Assembly: GCA_963776275.1 (NCBI GenBank)
Contig: CAVZMI010000005.1
Span: forward strand, 1 to 64,000
Reading direction: 5' to 3'
From: Ignavibacteriota bacterium
GTDB lineage: Bacteria > Bacteroidota > Ignavibacteria > UBA10030 > CAVZMI01
Length of the DNA: 64,000 nt
The translations under genes were made by a program, and so were the position numbers. Below, in pieces: positions 18,566 through 28,723 of the stretch; positions within the stretch are counted from its first letter, which is position 1; every line of letters starts with the position of its first letter. Under the pieces are notes generated by a model. The model was not told the DNA's origin. It did not search any database and saw only the letters and a list, made by a program, of their open reading frames with translations.

Positions 18566-18610
18566 GTAGAGCAGGCTTGTGGTGAGCTTGTCGAACCACT
18601 GCTCTACCTA
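18563..18610. repeat. GTAG-type REP-like hairpin with a TGAG/TCGAA element in its loop
   Basis: TAGGTAGAGCAG (18563-18574)/CTGCTCTACCTA (18599-18610) enclose GTGG-TGAG-CTTG-TCGAA-CCAC (18579-18599). Confidence 0.75.
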
Positions 18611-18641
18611 CATTGTGTGCAGTAACAGGAGGGCAACTCCA

Positions 18642-19205
18642 ATGAATAAAAAATTGACCTTTAAACCCCTTACCCACCAAACATGGGATGACTTCGTAGA
18701 ACTATTCGGATCGAACGGTGCGTGCGGCGGATGCTGGTGTATGTGGTGGAGGCTGCGGCGATCTCGATACGAAAAGCAACGAGGTGCAGCGAATAAACGA
18801 GCTATTAAAAAGATAATCGATAATGGAGGTGTTCCGGGGATTATCGCCTATATGAATGGCGAGCCGGTTGCCTGGTGCTCAGTCGGTCCGAGAGAAGATT
18901 ACATACTGCTTGAAGGTTCACGTGTTTTAAAGCGGGTCGATGAAAAATCCGTCTGGTCTATTGTCTGCTTTTTTATCAGGAGGGGATATAGGCGGCAGGG
19001 ATATCTTGAACTGTTGATAAAAGCGGCACTTCAGTTTGCGAAGAAAAAAGGTGCGAAAATCGTCGAAGCATATCCGATTGCTCCGAAGAAGAAAACGGCC
19101 GATGTGTTTGTCTATACCGGATTATTGTCTTCTTTCAAGAAGACAGGATTTGTAGAAGTTGCACGAAGATCGGCAACAAGGCCGATCATGCGATATTATT
19201 TATAA
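18642..19205 (+). CDS. GNAT family N-acetyltransferase
   Basis: GACGGCWCMWWR, WSIVCFFI..GYRRQG and VEAYP motifs; AGGAGG upstream of ATG 18642. Confidence 0.85.
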   Translation: MNKKLTFKPLTHQTWDDFVELFGSNGACGGCWCMWWRLRRSRYEKQRGAANKRAIKKIIDNGGVPGIIAYMNGEPVAWCSVGPREDYILLEGSRVLKRVDEKSVWSIVCFFIRRGYRRQGYLELLIKAALQFAKKKGAKIVEAYPIAPKKKTADVFVYTGLLSSFKKTGFVEVARRSATRPIMRYYL

Positions 19206-21856
19206 TGAATACAATGAAAAAATCATTTCTATTCTTTTCCTGTCTTACTGGAATTTTTTTCTTACAACCGGCATGGGCCCAATCCCATGAAACTATTGTG
19301 GACGACATACGAATTCAAGCTCTTTCAGAGAATCTCATTAGGATCGAGCAAAAAGGGCTGAAAGGATTTGAAGATCGTAACACCTTTACCGTGGTTGATC
19401 GTCACTGGCCCGGAGCGTCGATCGAGATTCAAAAAGAAGAAAATCGGACAATCCTCACGACCTCTAAATGCCAGATTGAAATTCCAAACCACTCTCGTTC
19501 ACTTGAAGGTATTCTCATTCGTTTAAAGAATGGGACAACTCAATATCAATTCAAAGGAATGCCGGTCGCGAGTTTTTTCCCCAGACCTGTGAGCGGTAAT
19601 CAATTCTGGTTTCTAGCTGATAGCCCGCGGTTGATTCCACCCGAATGGGGTGCGACACCGCCGCCGGAAAAATTCAAGGATCATTCCACTTCCGGATGGG
19701 ACACGACCAACGATGCACAGGATGTTTATGTTTTTCTTCTTGAGAAGGGACAGTACAGCCGTTTCAGGAGCGATTTCCTGAAACTCACGGGTCCGATTCC
19801 CATGCCGCCACTTTTTGCTTTCGGTCTATGGGACAGTCGTTACCATCCCTATTCCGAAGAGACGGCGCTTAACACCATCGATACCTATAGAAAGAAACAG
19901 ATACCGCTCGATATGTTCGTTGTTGATACCGACTGGCGACTCGGTGCTTCTCATGGTTATGCGGTAAACGATACATTGTTTCCGGATATGAAAAGGTTTA
20001 TCGACAGAGCGCACGAGATGCATGTGCATCTTATGTACAACGACCACCCGGAAGCACAAGGAAAAACAGCATTAGACCCTGAAGAATTTCACTATCGATG
20101 GAATGGACTCACAAGTCTGTTCGATAAGGGCATAGACATCTGGTGGTATGACCGGAACTGGTTCACCGGACTCCATGAACCCATGCCTGGCATCAGCAAA
20201 GAGATCTGGGGTATGTGTCTCTATCATGATATTACACAGAAGTATCATCCGGACAGACGTCCCATGATCATGTCGAATGTCGACGGTATCGACAACGGAT
20301 TTTGGAATACACCATCACATCCGGCCTCTCATCGTTACCCCATATGGTGGACCGGCGACCAAAAATCCCGCTGGGAATATCTGGAAATGGGTGTGGCCAA
20401 CGGGGTCAACAGCGGTATCTCCCGTTTGATGCCATACGTCAATGAAGACCTCGGTGGGCACACAGGGGGTAATCCGGAACCGGATCAGTATGTACGGTGG
20501 ATTCAGTACGGAGTATTTTCACCGATTACTCGTCTTCATTGCACACGCGGATTAACGCGATATCCCTGGGAGTATGGAGAAGAGGCCGAACGCATTGCTT
20601 CAGAATACATACGGCTGAGGTATCGATTATTACCCACACTTTATGCAGTGGCCCGCCGTGCATTCGAGGATGGTACACCCATCATGCGCCGCTGCGATCT
20701 GGAATGGCCCGATGAACCTGAGGCCAGACGGGACAAACAGTTTTTCTTTGGAGAAGATTTACTGATCGCTCCTTTCGCACTCAGTAAAACAAAAGACATT
20801 CCCTTGCCATCTGATTTTTTACAGGCCCTTGATGGAAAACCGGGGCTTACGGGTGAATACTTCGATAATCAGGACTTAAAAGGGAAACCGGTTTTTATCC
20901 GCGTCGATTCCGTATTGAATTTTGTCTGGGGGACTGGAAGTCCGGATCCCCGAATTCCTTCCGATCACTTCTCGGTACGTTGGACAGGGACAATCCATGC
21001 TCCGAAAAAAGGAGGAGTGTCGAAATTGAAAGTAATCTCAGATGATGGAGTACGTGTGTGGATAGACGATAGCTTTGTCGTCGATGCCTGGCACGATCAG
21101 GCTGCCACCGACTATCCGATAACAAAAGATTTAGAACCCGGTCGCTACTATTCCGTTAAAATTGAATTTTTTGAAAATATGGGTAGTGCGCACTTCCAGG
21201 CAATACAGACCATCGATGTTGAACAGGTCTTCAATGTCTGGATTCCACCCGGAAACTGGCAGGATATCTGGACAGGAAAAATGCTGCAAGGCCCGGAGAT
21301 GATCGTATTGAATCCCATCTTATGGAAATGCCCGATCTATGTCCGGAACGGTGGTATTATTTTTTCCTTACCGCAGATGCAGTATACGATGGAACATCCC
21401 TGGAATAGGATAATTATAGATGCTTTTATTCCGACAGAAAAAACTGCCGGTACCACCCGTATACTGTACGAGGATGATGGTTTATCGCCCGAATATCAGA
21501 AAGGTGCTTTCTGTAAAACGCCGGTGAGTCTGACCAGAAGCGAGGAAGGGATACAGCTTGTGATTGATAAGAAACAAGGGAGCTATAACGGTGCGATTTC
21601 TTTACGGGACTGGGTTATTCGATTTAACTTGCCCGAAAACAGTAAACCGGAAAACATCGAGGTGAATGGGGAAAAGCTGGAACCCAATTCATCGGATGGA
21701 TTGAAACTGATTACCGAGACAGAACTTCGGGAAGAAGTCATGCCCTTTCTTGGCTCTGGCAGAAAACCCCGTCCTAAGGCCGGCCCAGTTCTGGAATTGA
21801 CCATCCATCAAAAAGATGTAAGGGAATCGATTCGGGTGTCTTTTAACGTGAAATAG
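19205..21856 (+). CDS. Glycoside hydrolase family 31 with inserted PA14 domain, secreted
   Basis: FGLWDSRY, IPLD.FVVDTDW, WWYD, WTGD, DLGGH, RWIQYG.FSP..RLH motifs; PA14 (GL.GEYF, FSVRWTG, SDDGVRVWID). Confidence 0.9.
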   Translation: MNTMKKSFLFFSCLTGIFFLQPAWAQSHETIVDDIRIQALSENLIRIEQKGLKGFEDRNTFTVVDRHWPGASIEIQKEENRTILTTSKCQIEIPNHSRSLEGILIRLKNGTTQYQFKGMPVASFFPRPVSGNQFWFLADSPRLIPPEWGATPPPEKFKDHSTSGWDTTNDAQDVYVFLLEKGQYSRFRSDFLKLTGPIPMPPLFAFGLWDSRYHPYSEETALNTIDTYRKKQIPLDMFVVDTDWRLGASHGYAVNDTLFPDMKRFIDRAHEMHVHLMYNDHPEAQGKTALDPEEFHYRWNGLTSLFDKGIDIWWYDRNWFTGLHEPMPGISKEIWGMCLYHDITQKYHPDRRPMIMSNVDGIDNGFWNTPSHPASHRYPIWWTGDQKSRWEYLEMGVANGVNSGISRLMPYVNEDLGGHTGGNPEPDQYVRWIQYGVFSPITRLHCTRGLTRYPWEYGEEAERIASEYIRLRYRLLPTLYAVARRAFEDGTPIMRRCDLEWPDEPEARRDKQFFFGEDLLIAPFALSKTKDIPLPSDFLQALDGKPGLTGEYFDNQDLKGKPVFIRVDSVLNFVWGTGSPDPRIPSDHFSVRWTGTIHAPKKGGVSKLKVISDDGVRVWIDDSFVVDAWHDQAATDYPITKDLEPGRYYSVKIEFFENMGSAHFQAIQTIDVEQVFNVWIPPGNWQDIWTGKMLQGPEMIVLNPILWKCPIYVRNGGIIFSLPQMQYTMEHPWNRIIIDAFIPTEKTAGTTRILYEDDGLSPEYQKGAFCKTPVSLTRSEEGIQLVIDKKQGSYNGAISLRDWVIRFNLPENSKPENIEVNGEKLEPNSSDGLKLITETELREEVMPFLGSGRKPRPKAGPVLELTIHQKDVRESIRVSFNVK

Positions 21857-21912
21857 AAAACAATTACATAGCAACCGATTGTGCTAAAAAGGAGGGAACG
21901 ATAAAAGACACA

Positions 21913-22713
21913 ATGAAGGCATTTATAAAAGTACTGGTTCCAGCCAAGTTGCATCCGGGGCTTGGAGCAACATATAATAGGATATATTACTTTGGATTCA
22001 GGTATGAATGCCCGTTCTGCAATTCCTTTCTAAGGATATTCCTCCCGTCTGATCTCAGGTTTCCCGTTATCAAGGAAAAAAAAATTGTCGGGGGCGGTTA
22101 TTTTCCGAATAATCGCTGCCCTGTTTGTGGTTCCAATAATAGGGAGCGACTTTTGTATCTTTTTCTTTTGCATAAAACAGATATTTTTAAGAAGCCTCAA
22201 AAAATACTGCACATAGCTCCTGAAGCATGCGTGGAGGATAAATTACGGAATCAAGCCGCTGTAGACTATCTGACCGCAGATCTCCATTCGAAAAACGTCA
22301 TGGTCAGGATGGATGTAACGAATATTCAATTTCCTGATAATTCTTTTGATGCAATCATCTGTAACCATGTTCTGGAACATATAATCGATGATCGTAAGGC
22401 TATGTCCGAGTTATATCGTACTCTGAAACCAGGAGGTTGGGCAATCCTGCAGGTACCTTTTTCATTATCGTTGGAGAATACCTATGAAGATTTTTCGATA
22501 ACAACTGCAACAGGTAGAGAAGAAGCCTTCGGTCAATGGAATCATGTAAGAATTTATGCAAAGGATTACAGGGATAGACTCGAACAATCCGGCTTCAAGG
22601 TAAATGTTTTCAAATGGATAACTGAAGCTGAGAACTTTGGCGGCCATAAAAATAGGTTCGGTCTTGATGAGGAAGAATGCGTTTTCATGACAAGTAAGCA
22701 TGTAGAGCCGTAA
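21913..22713 (+). CDS. Class I SAM-dependent methyltransferase with N-terminal CxxC pairs
   Basis: CPFC, CPVCGS..RER, LHIAPE, FD.IICNHVLEH, RTLKPGG. Confidence 0.85.
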   Translation: MKAFIKVLVPAKLHPGLGATYNRIYYFGFRYECPFCNSFLRIFLPSDLRFPVIKEKKIVGGGYFPNNRCPVCGSNNRERLLYLFLLHKTDIFKKPQKILHIAPEACVEDKLRNQAAVDYLTADLHSKNVMVRMDVTNIQFPDNSFDAIICNHVLEHIIDDRKAMSELYRTLKPGGWAILQVPFSLSLENTYEDFSITTATGREEAFGQWNHVRIYAKDYRDRLEQSGFKVNVFKWITEAENFGGHKNRFGLDEEECVFMTSKHVEP

Positions 22714-22724
22714 TCAAAGGATTT

Positions 22725-22766
22725 ATCTCAATCTCAACCTCAACCTTTACCTTAACCTTTAACTTA
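22725..22766. repeat. Degenerate hexamer tandem repeat (ATCTCA/ACCTTA)
   Basis: atctca atctca acctca accttt acctta accttt aactta, at the accessory/core boundary. Confidence 0.6.
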
Positions 22767-22834
22767 TCCCTCTCTTTCATTTTTCCCCTCTTTTCGCTAT
22801 ATTCAGTACACATTTTCTTAGAAAGCAGGTTTCC

Positions 22835-23630
22835 TTGTCCACTACTCTTAATATCCTCTTTGTCGGGGATATCGTCGGAACGCCCGGTCTCGAAATCACA
22901 ACGAAACTCCTGAAAGGATTCCAGGACAAATACCATATCGACTTTACAATTGCCAACGGTGAAAACGTCTTCGAAGGGAAAGGACTTTCGGAAGAGCAGG
23001 CAAAACAATTGTACGATCTCGGAGTCCATGTCATTACAACCGGCAATCATCTGTGGGATCGATGGCAGGCGCGTCAGTTGATAGCTAAGGACCGGAACGT
23101 TCTGCGGCCCCTGAATTACCCGCGTGAAAACGGCGGAAACGGCTACGTTGTGTACGATATGAAAGAAAAGGGGAAAGTCGGTGTTCTTCATCTTCAGGGA
23201 CGGACGTACATGCAGCCTATCGACTGTCCTTTTAAAACCGCCGACTGGGTAATAAACAAAATTCATGAAGAGACAAAAGTTATTTTCGTTGATTTCCATG
23301 CCGAAGCGACCGCCGAGAAAATGGCAATGGCGTGGTATCTTGACGGTCGGGTGAGTGCAATGATTGGAACGCACACTCATATCCCGACGGCCGACGCTCA
23401 TATATTTCCAAAGGGAATGGCATACCAGACGGACTCGGGAATGACAGTGTCCATACGATTCCGTGATCGGATTAAAAAAAGAAATTGCATTACGGCGCTT
23501 TATTCATCAAACCCCCTATAAATTCGAGATGGCATCGTATGATGTGCGGTTCTGCGCTGTCTATGTGCAAATAGACATAGAGAGCGGGAAAGCACTTCAG
23601 ATCGAGCGCATCATTTTCCCGGAATACTGA
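22835..23630 (+). CDS. ymdB: YmdB/TIGR00282 family metallophosphoesterase; one frameshift near 23447
   Basis: GDIVG, ANGEN, TTGNH, DFHAEATAEK, GTHTH; after the indel it continues PYDSVIG...IERIIFPEY*. Confidence 0.9.
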
Positions 23631-23645
23631 TCAGAAGGATAAGCT

Positions 23646-24533
23646 ATGCAGGCAGAACTTATCGACGGAAAAAAAATAGCTGAAACGATTCGACGAGAAG
23701 TAACTGCTGCGGCAGAGGTTCTCAAGTCCCAGCGTGGTATCGTTCCCGGATTGGCTTTCATTCTCGTCGGCGACAATCCTGCATCCCAGTCGTATGTGAG
23801 GATGAAAGGAAAAGCCTGCGAAGGATGCGGGTTTTATTCCGTCACCGAGCATCTCGCTGAATCGACAACCGAAGAACGTCTTCTGCAGTTGATTAATAAT
23901 TTCAATCAAGATCCAAAAATACACGGAATTCTTGTCCAGGTACCGCTTCCGAAGCACATACACGAGCACAGTGTTATAGCGGCCATTGATTATAGAAAAG
24001 ATGTCGATGGATTCCATCCCATCAATCTGGGACGGTTGGTGATTGGTCAGGACACATTTCGTCCGTGTACACCATGGGGTGTGCAGGAGCTTCTCATCCG
24101 TTCTAATGTTCAAACGAGCGGTAAACATGTGGTCGTTGTCGGACGGAGCAACATCGTCGGTAAACCTGTAGCCAATATTTTACTTCAAAAGGCTGCAGGA
24201 GCGAATGCAATCGTGACTATATGCCACAGTGCCGCGACGGATTTAGCATACTATACGCTACAGGCGGATATCCTCATCGCTGCAATCGGTAAAGCCGAGA
24301 TGATTACAGGCGATATGATAAAGAAAGGGGCCGTCGTGATCGATGTCGGAACGAACCGCGTTGACGATCCCTCCTCGCCCAAAGGCTACAGACTTGTGGG
24401 CGACGTGCATTTTGAATCGGCAAGCAGGGTTGCATCGAAAATAACGCCATCGCCCGGAGGTGTGGGACCCATGACGATCGCAATGCTGATGAAAAACACG
24501 TTGCGAGCGGCACAAGGAGACGTACACTGGTGA
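23646..24533 (+). CDS. folD: Methylenetetrahydrofolate dehydrogenase/cyclohydrolase
   Basis: YVRMK, KDVDGFHP, PCTP, GRSNIVGKP, PGGVGPMT. Confidence 0.97.
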   Translation: MQAELIDGKKIAETIRREVTAAAEVLKSQRGIVPGLAFILVGDNPASQSYVRMKGKACEGCGFYSVTEHLAESTTEERLLQLINNFNQDPKIHGILVQVPLPKHIHEHSVIAAIDYRKDVDGFHPINLGRLVIGQDTFRPCTPWGVQELLIRSNVQTSGKHVVVVGRSNIVGKPVANILLQKAAGANAIVTICHSAATDLAYYTLQADILIAAIGKAEMITGDMIKKGAVVIDVGTNRVDDPSSPKGYRLVGDVHFESASRVASKITPSPGGVGPMTIAMLMKNTLRAAQGDVHW

Positions 24534-24547
24534 GAAAAGTTCTTTAA

Positions 24548-24765
24548 ATTGATGATTGATGTCTACGACCCAACGGGTCGTAGAACCTTCGGGATTTCTG
24601 ATTTATGAGTTTAAGAGTCTTTTTATGATTTTTTACCGACGAAATTCCATCAATGTGATTTATCCATTACAAACATAAATGGCCATTTCTACTTATCAAT
24701 CATCAATCCGCCTTCTACCGACATCGTCAGTATTCGGCGGACAGGTCAAAAATCATAAATCTCTT
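24548..24765. repeat. Inverted-repeat-bracketed intergenic region with inserted palindromes
   Basis: ATTGATGATTGAT/ATCAATCATCAAT inverted pair; hairpins TCTACGACCC-AAC-GGGTCGTAGA (24562-24584) and TCCGCC...GGCGGA (24707-24741). Confidence 0.6.
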
Positions 24766-24806
24766 AGCGCTTTTTATACCTTTTTTTCAATCGCAAGGAA
24801 ACAGCC

Positions 24807-25922
24807 ATGAACATCGGTATTGCAAAAGAGAATCCGCTTCGCGAACGTCGTGTTGTTTTGACACCGGCCGCCGCTCAGTCGCTCGTCAGAGAAGGGCACA
24901 CCGTCTATTTCGAGAAAGGGGCAGGAGAACGTGCACGTTTTTCGGATACAGACTATCTTGAGGTCGGCGGAAATATTGTATACTCTGCCGATGAGGTGTA
25001 CGGCCGTTCGAATATCGTATTAAAAATTACTCCGCCTTCGGTGGAGGATATCGAAAAGCTGAATACGGGTGAAGTCATTCTCTCCTCATTGAATCTTCCC
25101 GTTGCGGGCAGAAGGGTGACCGAGAAACTCCTTGAAAAACGGATTACCGCAATTGGATATGAATTGATCGAAGACAATGACGGATCATTGCCGGTACTTA
25201 CCATTATGAGCGAAATTGCCGGTCAGATGGTAATTCCGATTGCCGCGCGATTTCTTGAAAGTGGAAATGAGGGGCGCGGAATACTTCTCGGCGGTGTTGC
25301 GGGCGTACCGCCTGCGGCTGTAGTGATTCTCGGCGCCGGTACGGTAGGGCAGGCTGCGACACACGCCGCACTCGGCATGGGGGCACAGGTCATAGTTGTA
25401 GATAAAGATTTGAATCGACTCCGGCGTTTTGAAACGATTTTCCAACACCGTATTACGACGGCGATTGCCAACCAGTACGCAATTGAACGCGGAGTCCAAT
25501 TCGCCGATGTATTGATTGGTGCGGTCATGGTGAAAGGTGAACGAACACCGCATCTGGTAACCGAAGAAATGGTGAAGACAATGAAGCGTGGAGCGGTGAT
25601 CATCGACGTATCGATCGATCAAGGAGGATGTATTGAGACAAGCCGCCCGACTACACACGACAATCCGGTTTTCGTAAGGCACCATGTTATCCATTATTGC
25701 GTCCCGAATATTGCGGCAAGTGTGGCGCGGTCGGCAACATATGCGCTTACAAATGCGCTGCTTCCCTTCGTTCTGGAAATTGCGAAAAAGGGGATAACCG
25801 AAGCGCTCCGTGATAATCGCGGACTTGCTGCCGGTGTGTGTATACATAACGGGATCTGTACGAATAGTCATATCGCATCGTTCTATCAACTCCCAACAAA
25901 ACATATTCTCGAAGCCTTATAA
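24807..25922 (+). CDS. ald: Alanine dehydrogenase-like protein (AlaDH/PNT family)
   Basis: ERRV.LTP, MSEIAG, GILLGG..GV, GAGTVG, DVSIDQGGC.ETS, HYCVPN. Catalytic Lys/His positions are substituted (see findings). Confidence 0.8.
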   Translation: MNIGIAKENPLRERRVVLTPAAAQSLVREGHTVYFEKGAGERARFSDTDYLEVGGNIVYSADEVYGRSNIVLKITPPSVEDIEKLNTGEVILSSLNLPVAGRRVTEKLLEKRITAIGYELIEDNDGSLPVLTIMSEIAGQMVIPIAARFLESGNEGRGILLGGVAGVPPAAVVILGAGTVGQAATHAALGMGAQVIVVDKDLNRLRRFETIFQHRITTAIANQYAIERGVQFADVLIGAVMVKGERTPHLVTEEMVKTMKRGAVIIDVSIDQGGCIETSRPTTHDNPVFVRHHVIHYCVPNIAASVARSATYALTNALLPFVLEIAKKGITEALRDNRGLAAGVCIHNGICTNSHIASFYQLPTKHILEAL

Positions 25923-25923
25923 T

Positions 25924-27219
25924 ATGAACTGGATTGAGAGTTATAAAGGAAAAGTTGTCGCAATCGAGGAAGCTGTTCAATCCGTTAAAAGCGGTGACCG
26001 CATCTTCCTGAGCGGGAACGCGGCGACTCCGTTTGAATTGCTCCAGGCGCTCGCGAACCGGAAAGATGAGCTGCAATCTGTACAGGTTAACCATCTGCTA
26101 ATGGTCGGCGAAGATCCGCTGTCGCAGCCGGGAATGGAATCGCATTTCCGGCATAATTCTTTATTTGTGGGACCCGCCGATCGTCCTGCTATTGGTGAAG
26201 GAAGAGCAGATTATGTTCCTGTCTTTCTTTATGAAATCCCGTCTCTATTCACACAGCGGATTATTCCTCTCGATGTTGCGCTCATTCACGTTACCCCGCC
26301 GGATGAGCACGGTTTTATGAGTCTTGGTGTGGAATGTGTGGCATCAAAAGCTGCCGTCGAGAGTGCAAAAATCGTCGTTGCCCTGGTAAATGAAAGAATG
26401 CCTCGTACACTCGGCGATTCATTTATCCACGTCTCGCGTGTCCATAAAATAGTCGAGTGCACACGGGAGCTTCCAGAACTCCATAAGAAAGGATTTTCCG
26501 AGGTTGAACAGCAAATCGGCCGGAATATAGCGGGACTGGTCGAGGATGGCTCGACACTGCAAATGGGAATCGGCGGAATATCGGATGCGGTGCTGGCGGC
26601 ACTCGGTGATAAACGCGATCTGGGTGTTCATACAGAAATGGTCTCCGACGGGATCGTCGAAATGATCGAAAAGGGAGTAATCACCAATTCGCGAAAAACA
26701 AAGCATGCCGGCAAGGTCATCGGAACATTCATCTACGGTTCCAAATCACTCTATGACTTCGTCGATAATAATCCGCTGTTCGAAATCCATCCCTGCAACT
26801 ACACAAACGATCCTTTCATTATCGCTCAGAACGAAAAAATGGTGGCGATCAACTCGGCGATCGAGGTCGATATAACTGGACAGGTATGCTCCGATTCCAT
26901 CGGGCATAGAATTTACAGCGGATTTGGCGGGCAGCTCGATTTCATCCGCGGCGCCGCATATTCGAAGGGAGGCAAACCCATCATTGCCATGCCTTCGGCA
27001 ACAAAGAACGATACAGTTTCGCGCATCGTGATCTCGTTGAAACCGGGAGCAGGTGTGGTAACAACGCGCGCTGATGTCCATTATGTTATTACCGAATACG
27101 GAATTGCAAATCTTCATGGAAAAAATATTCGCGAGCGCGTACAGGCACTCATCAATATTGCACATCCGAAATTTCGCGATGAATTGACACAACAAGCCCG
27201 GGAACACCGGTTACTATAA
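25924..27219 (+). CDS. Acetyl-CoA hydrolase/transferase (4-hydroxybutyrate CoA-transferase-like)
   Basis: GRADYVP, PPDEHGFMSLG, LQMGIG, LGVHTEM, SGFGGQLDF, TEYG, IAHP.FR. Confidence 0.92.
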   Translation: MNWIESYKGKVVAIEEAVQSVKSGDRIFLSGNAATPFELLQALANRKDELQSVQVNHLLMVGEDPLSQPGMESHFRHNSLFVGPADRPAIGEGRADYVPVFLYEIPSLFTQRIIPLDVALIHVTPPDEHGFMSLGVECVASKAAVESAKIVVALVNERMPRTLGDSFIHVSRVHKIVECTRELPELHKKGFSEVEQQIGRNIAGLVEDGSTLQMGIGGISDAVLAALGDKRDLGVHTEMVSDGIVEMIEKGVITNSRKTKHAGKVIGTFIYGSKSLYDFVDNNPLFEIHPCNYTNDPFIIAQNEKMVAINSAIEVDITGQVCSDSIGHRIYSGFGGQLDFIRGAAYSKGGKPIIAMPSATKNDTVSRIVISLKPGAGVVTTRADVHYVITEYGIANLHGKNIRERVQALINIAHPKFRDELTQQAREHRLL

Positions 27220-27241
27220 AACTGCAAAGTCTGCCGACACG

Positions 27242-28714
27242 ATGGAAAAAATAACCGTTGCCCTTCCATATTCGCCGGAAGTATCTTCAGGTTCAACGCT
27301 CCAGCAATGGAGTAATTCTCCGCTCGTTGCAGAGATCATCATTCTCCATCGGGGTGATTACCGCGCTTCGCATCCGAAAACCCGAGGATTTGCATGTGAT
27401 TCCCTTGCTTCGGGGAAAGTACTCACACAACTCCTCAATGAAATCTCGACGCCATACCTCATCTTTGTTTTGCGTCCTGTCCAGATCACCCTCGGTCAGT
27501 TTTCACTCGAGCGATTGTTAGCCACGGCCGAGAATACCGGTGCGGGCCTTGTATATGGAGATTTTGATGAAATCAAGGATGGGGCAGTTCTCCATCATCC
27601 TCTTGTTGATTACCAGCTCGGGAGCGTCCGGGACGAATTCAATTTTGGTAATCTCCTTTTTTTCTCCACAGAAGCAATTCACCGAGCTTTGATCAATCAT
27701 GGTTCATTGCTCGACACAGTCGCTGCCGGTTTATACGATCTCCGTTTGAAAGTATCTATCGACTCACGGATCGTTCATCTCCCCGAATATCTTTATACAA
27801 TAGACGGGAGTGATATAAGAACATCGGATGAAAAAATGTTTGATTATGTCGATTCGCGAAACCGTGAAAGCCAGATCGAAATGGAGAGAGTCTTCACCGC
27901 GTATCTCAGGCGCATAGGCGCTTTTATCGAACCATCGACGCTGAAAAATTGCGGGGGTACCGACATTTTCCCGGTAGAAGCAAGCGTAATTATTCCTGTT
28001 CGCAACCGTGAGAAAACAATCGCCGATGCACTCCAAAGCGCACTTTCACAAAAGCTCGCCGTTCCATGGAATGTTATTGTTGTTGATAACCACTCGACGG
28101 ATTCGACATCGGCTATAGTGCGTGAGATTGCCGTCAAGAATCAACGGATTATTCATCATATTCCGCAGCGGACGGATCTCGGTATCGGCGGATGCTGGAA
28201 CGAGGCGATCTCATTGGCTTCCTGTGGTCGGTACGCTATCCAGTTGGACTCGGATGATCTGTACGCATCCGAGAACACGTTGCAGATGATTCTCGATGTT
28301 TTTCATCAGAACAGGGTTGCGATGGTGATCGGTTCATACCGGCTCGTGAATTTCCACCTCGAAGATATTCCACCGGGGATAATAGATCATCGTGAATGGA
28401 CTCCTGAAAACGGCCATAACAACGCACTCCGGGTCAATGGACTCGGAGCACCACGTGCCTATAATACCGGTGTGATCCGGGCATTGCGGTTTCCGAACGT
28501 CAGTTATGGTGAAGACTATGCCGCCGGCCTTGCCATTTCACGGCAGTATATAATTGAAAGAATTTACGAACCTCTCTATCTCTGCCGCCGCTGGGAAGGA
28601 AACAGCGATACAGGGATAGGTATTGACAATATCAATAGAAATGATTATTACAAGGATACAATTCGTTCGACGGAAATCCTTGCCCGGCAAAAATGCAATT
28701 CGAACCATAAATAA
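27242..28714 (+). CDS. Glycosyltransferase family 2 protein with N-terminal extension
   Basis: SVIIPVRNRE, VVDNHSTD, QLDSDD, NGLGAPRA, YGEDY, RRWEGNSD. Confidence 0.9.
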   Translation: MEKITVALPYSPEVSSGSTLQQWSNSPLVAEIIILHRGDYRASHPKTRGFACDSLASGKVLTQLLNEISTPYLIFVLRPVQITLGQFSLERLLATAENTGAGLVYGDFDEIKDGAVLHHPLVDYQLGSVRDEFNFGNLLFFSTEAIHRALINHGSLLDTVAAGLYDLRLKVSIDSRIVHLPEYLYTIDGSDIRTSDEKMFDYVDSRNRESQIEMERVFTAYLRRIGAFIEPSTLKNCGGTDIFPVEASVIIPVRNREKTIADALQSALSQKLAVPWNVIVVDNHSTDSTSAIVREIAVKNQRIIHHIPQRTDLGIGGCWNEAISLASCGRYAIQLDSDDLYASENTLQMILDVFHQNRVAMVIGSYRLVNFHLEDIPPGIIDHREWTPENGHNNALRVNGLGAPRAYNTGVIRALRFPNVSYGEDYAAGLAISRQYIIERIYEPLYLCRRWEGNSDTGIGIDNINRNDYYKDTIRSTEILARQKCNSNHK

Positions 28715-28723
28715 AGGAAAATC

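Noticed and set aside
1-22713. Prophage, integron or IS-bounded island
   Set aside because: No integrase, transposase or phage gene is present, and I could not identify convincing attC sites.
22685-23401. Long minus-strand ORFs (also 25185-25904, 36077-36751, 38317-39015, 44352-45266)
   Set aside because: Antisense shadows of well-supported plus-strand genes with no motifs.
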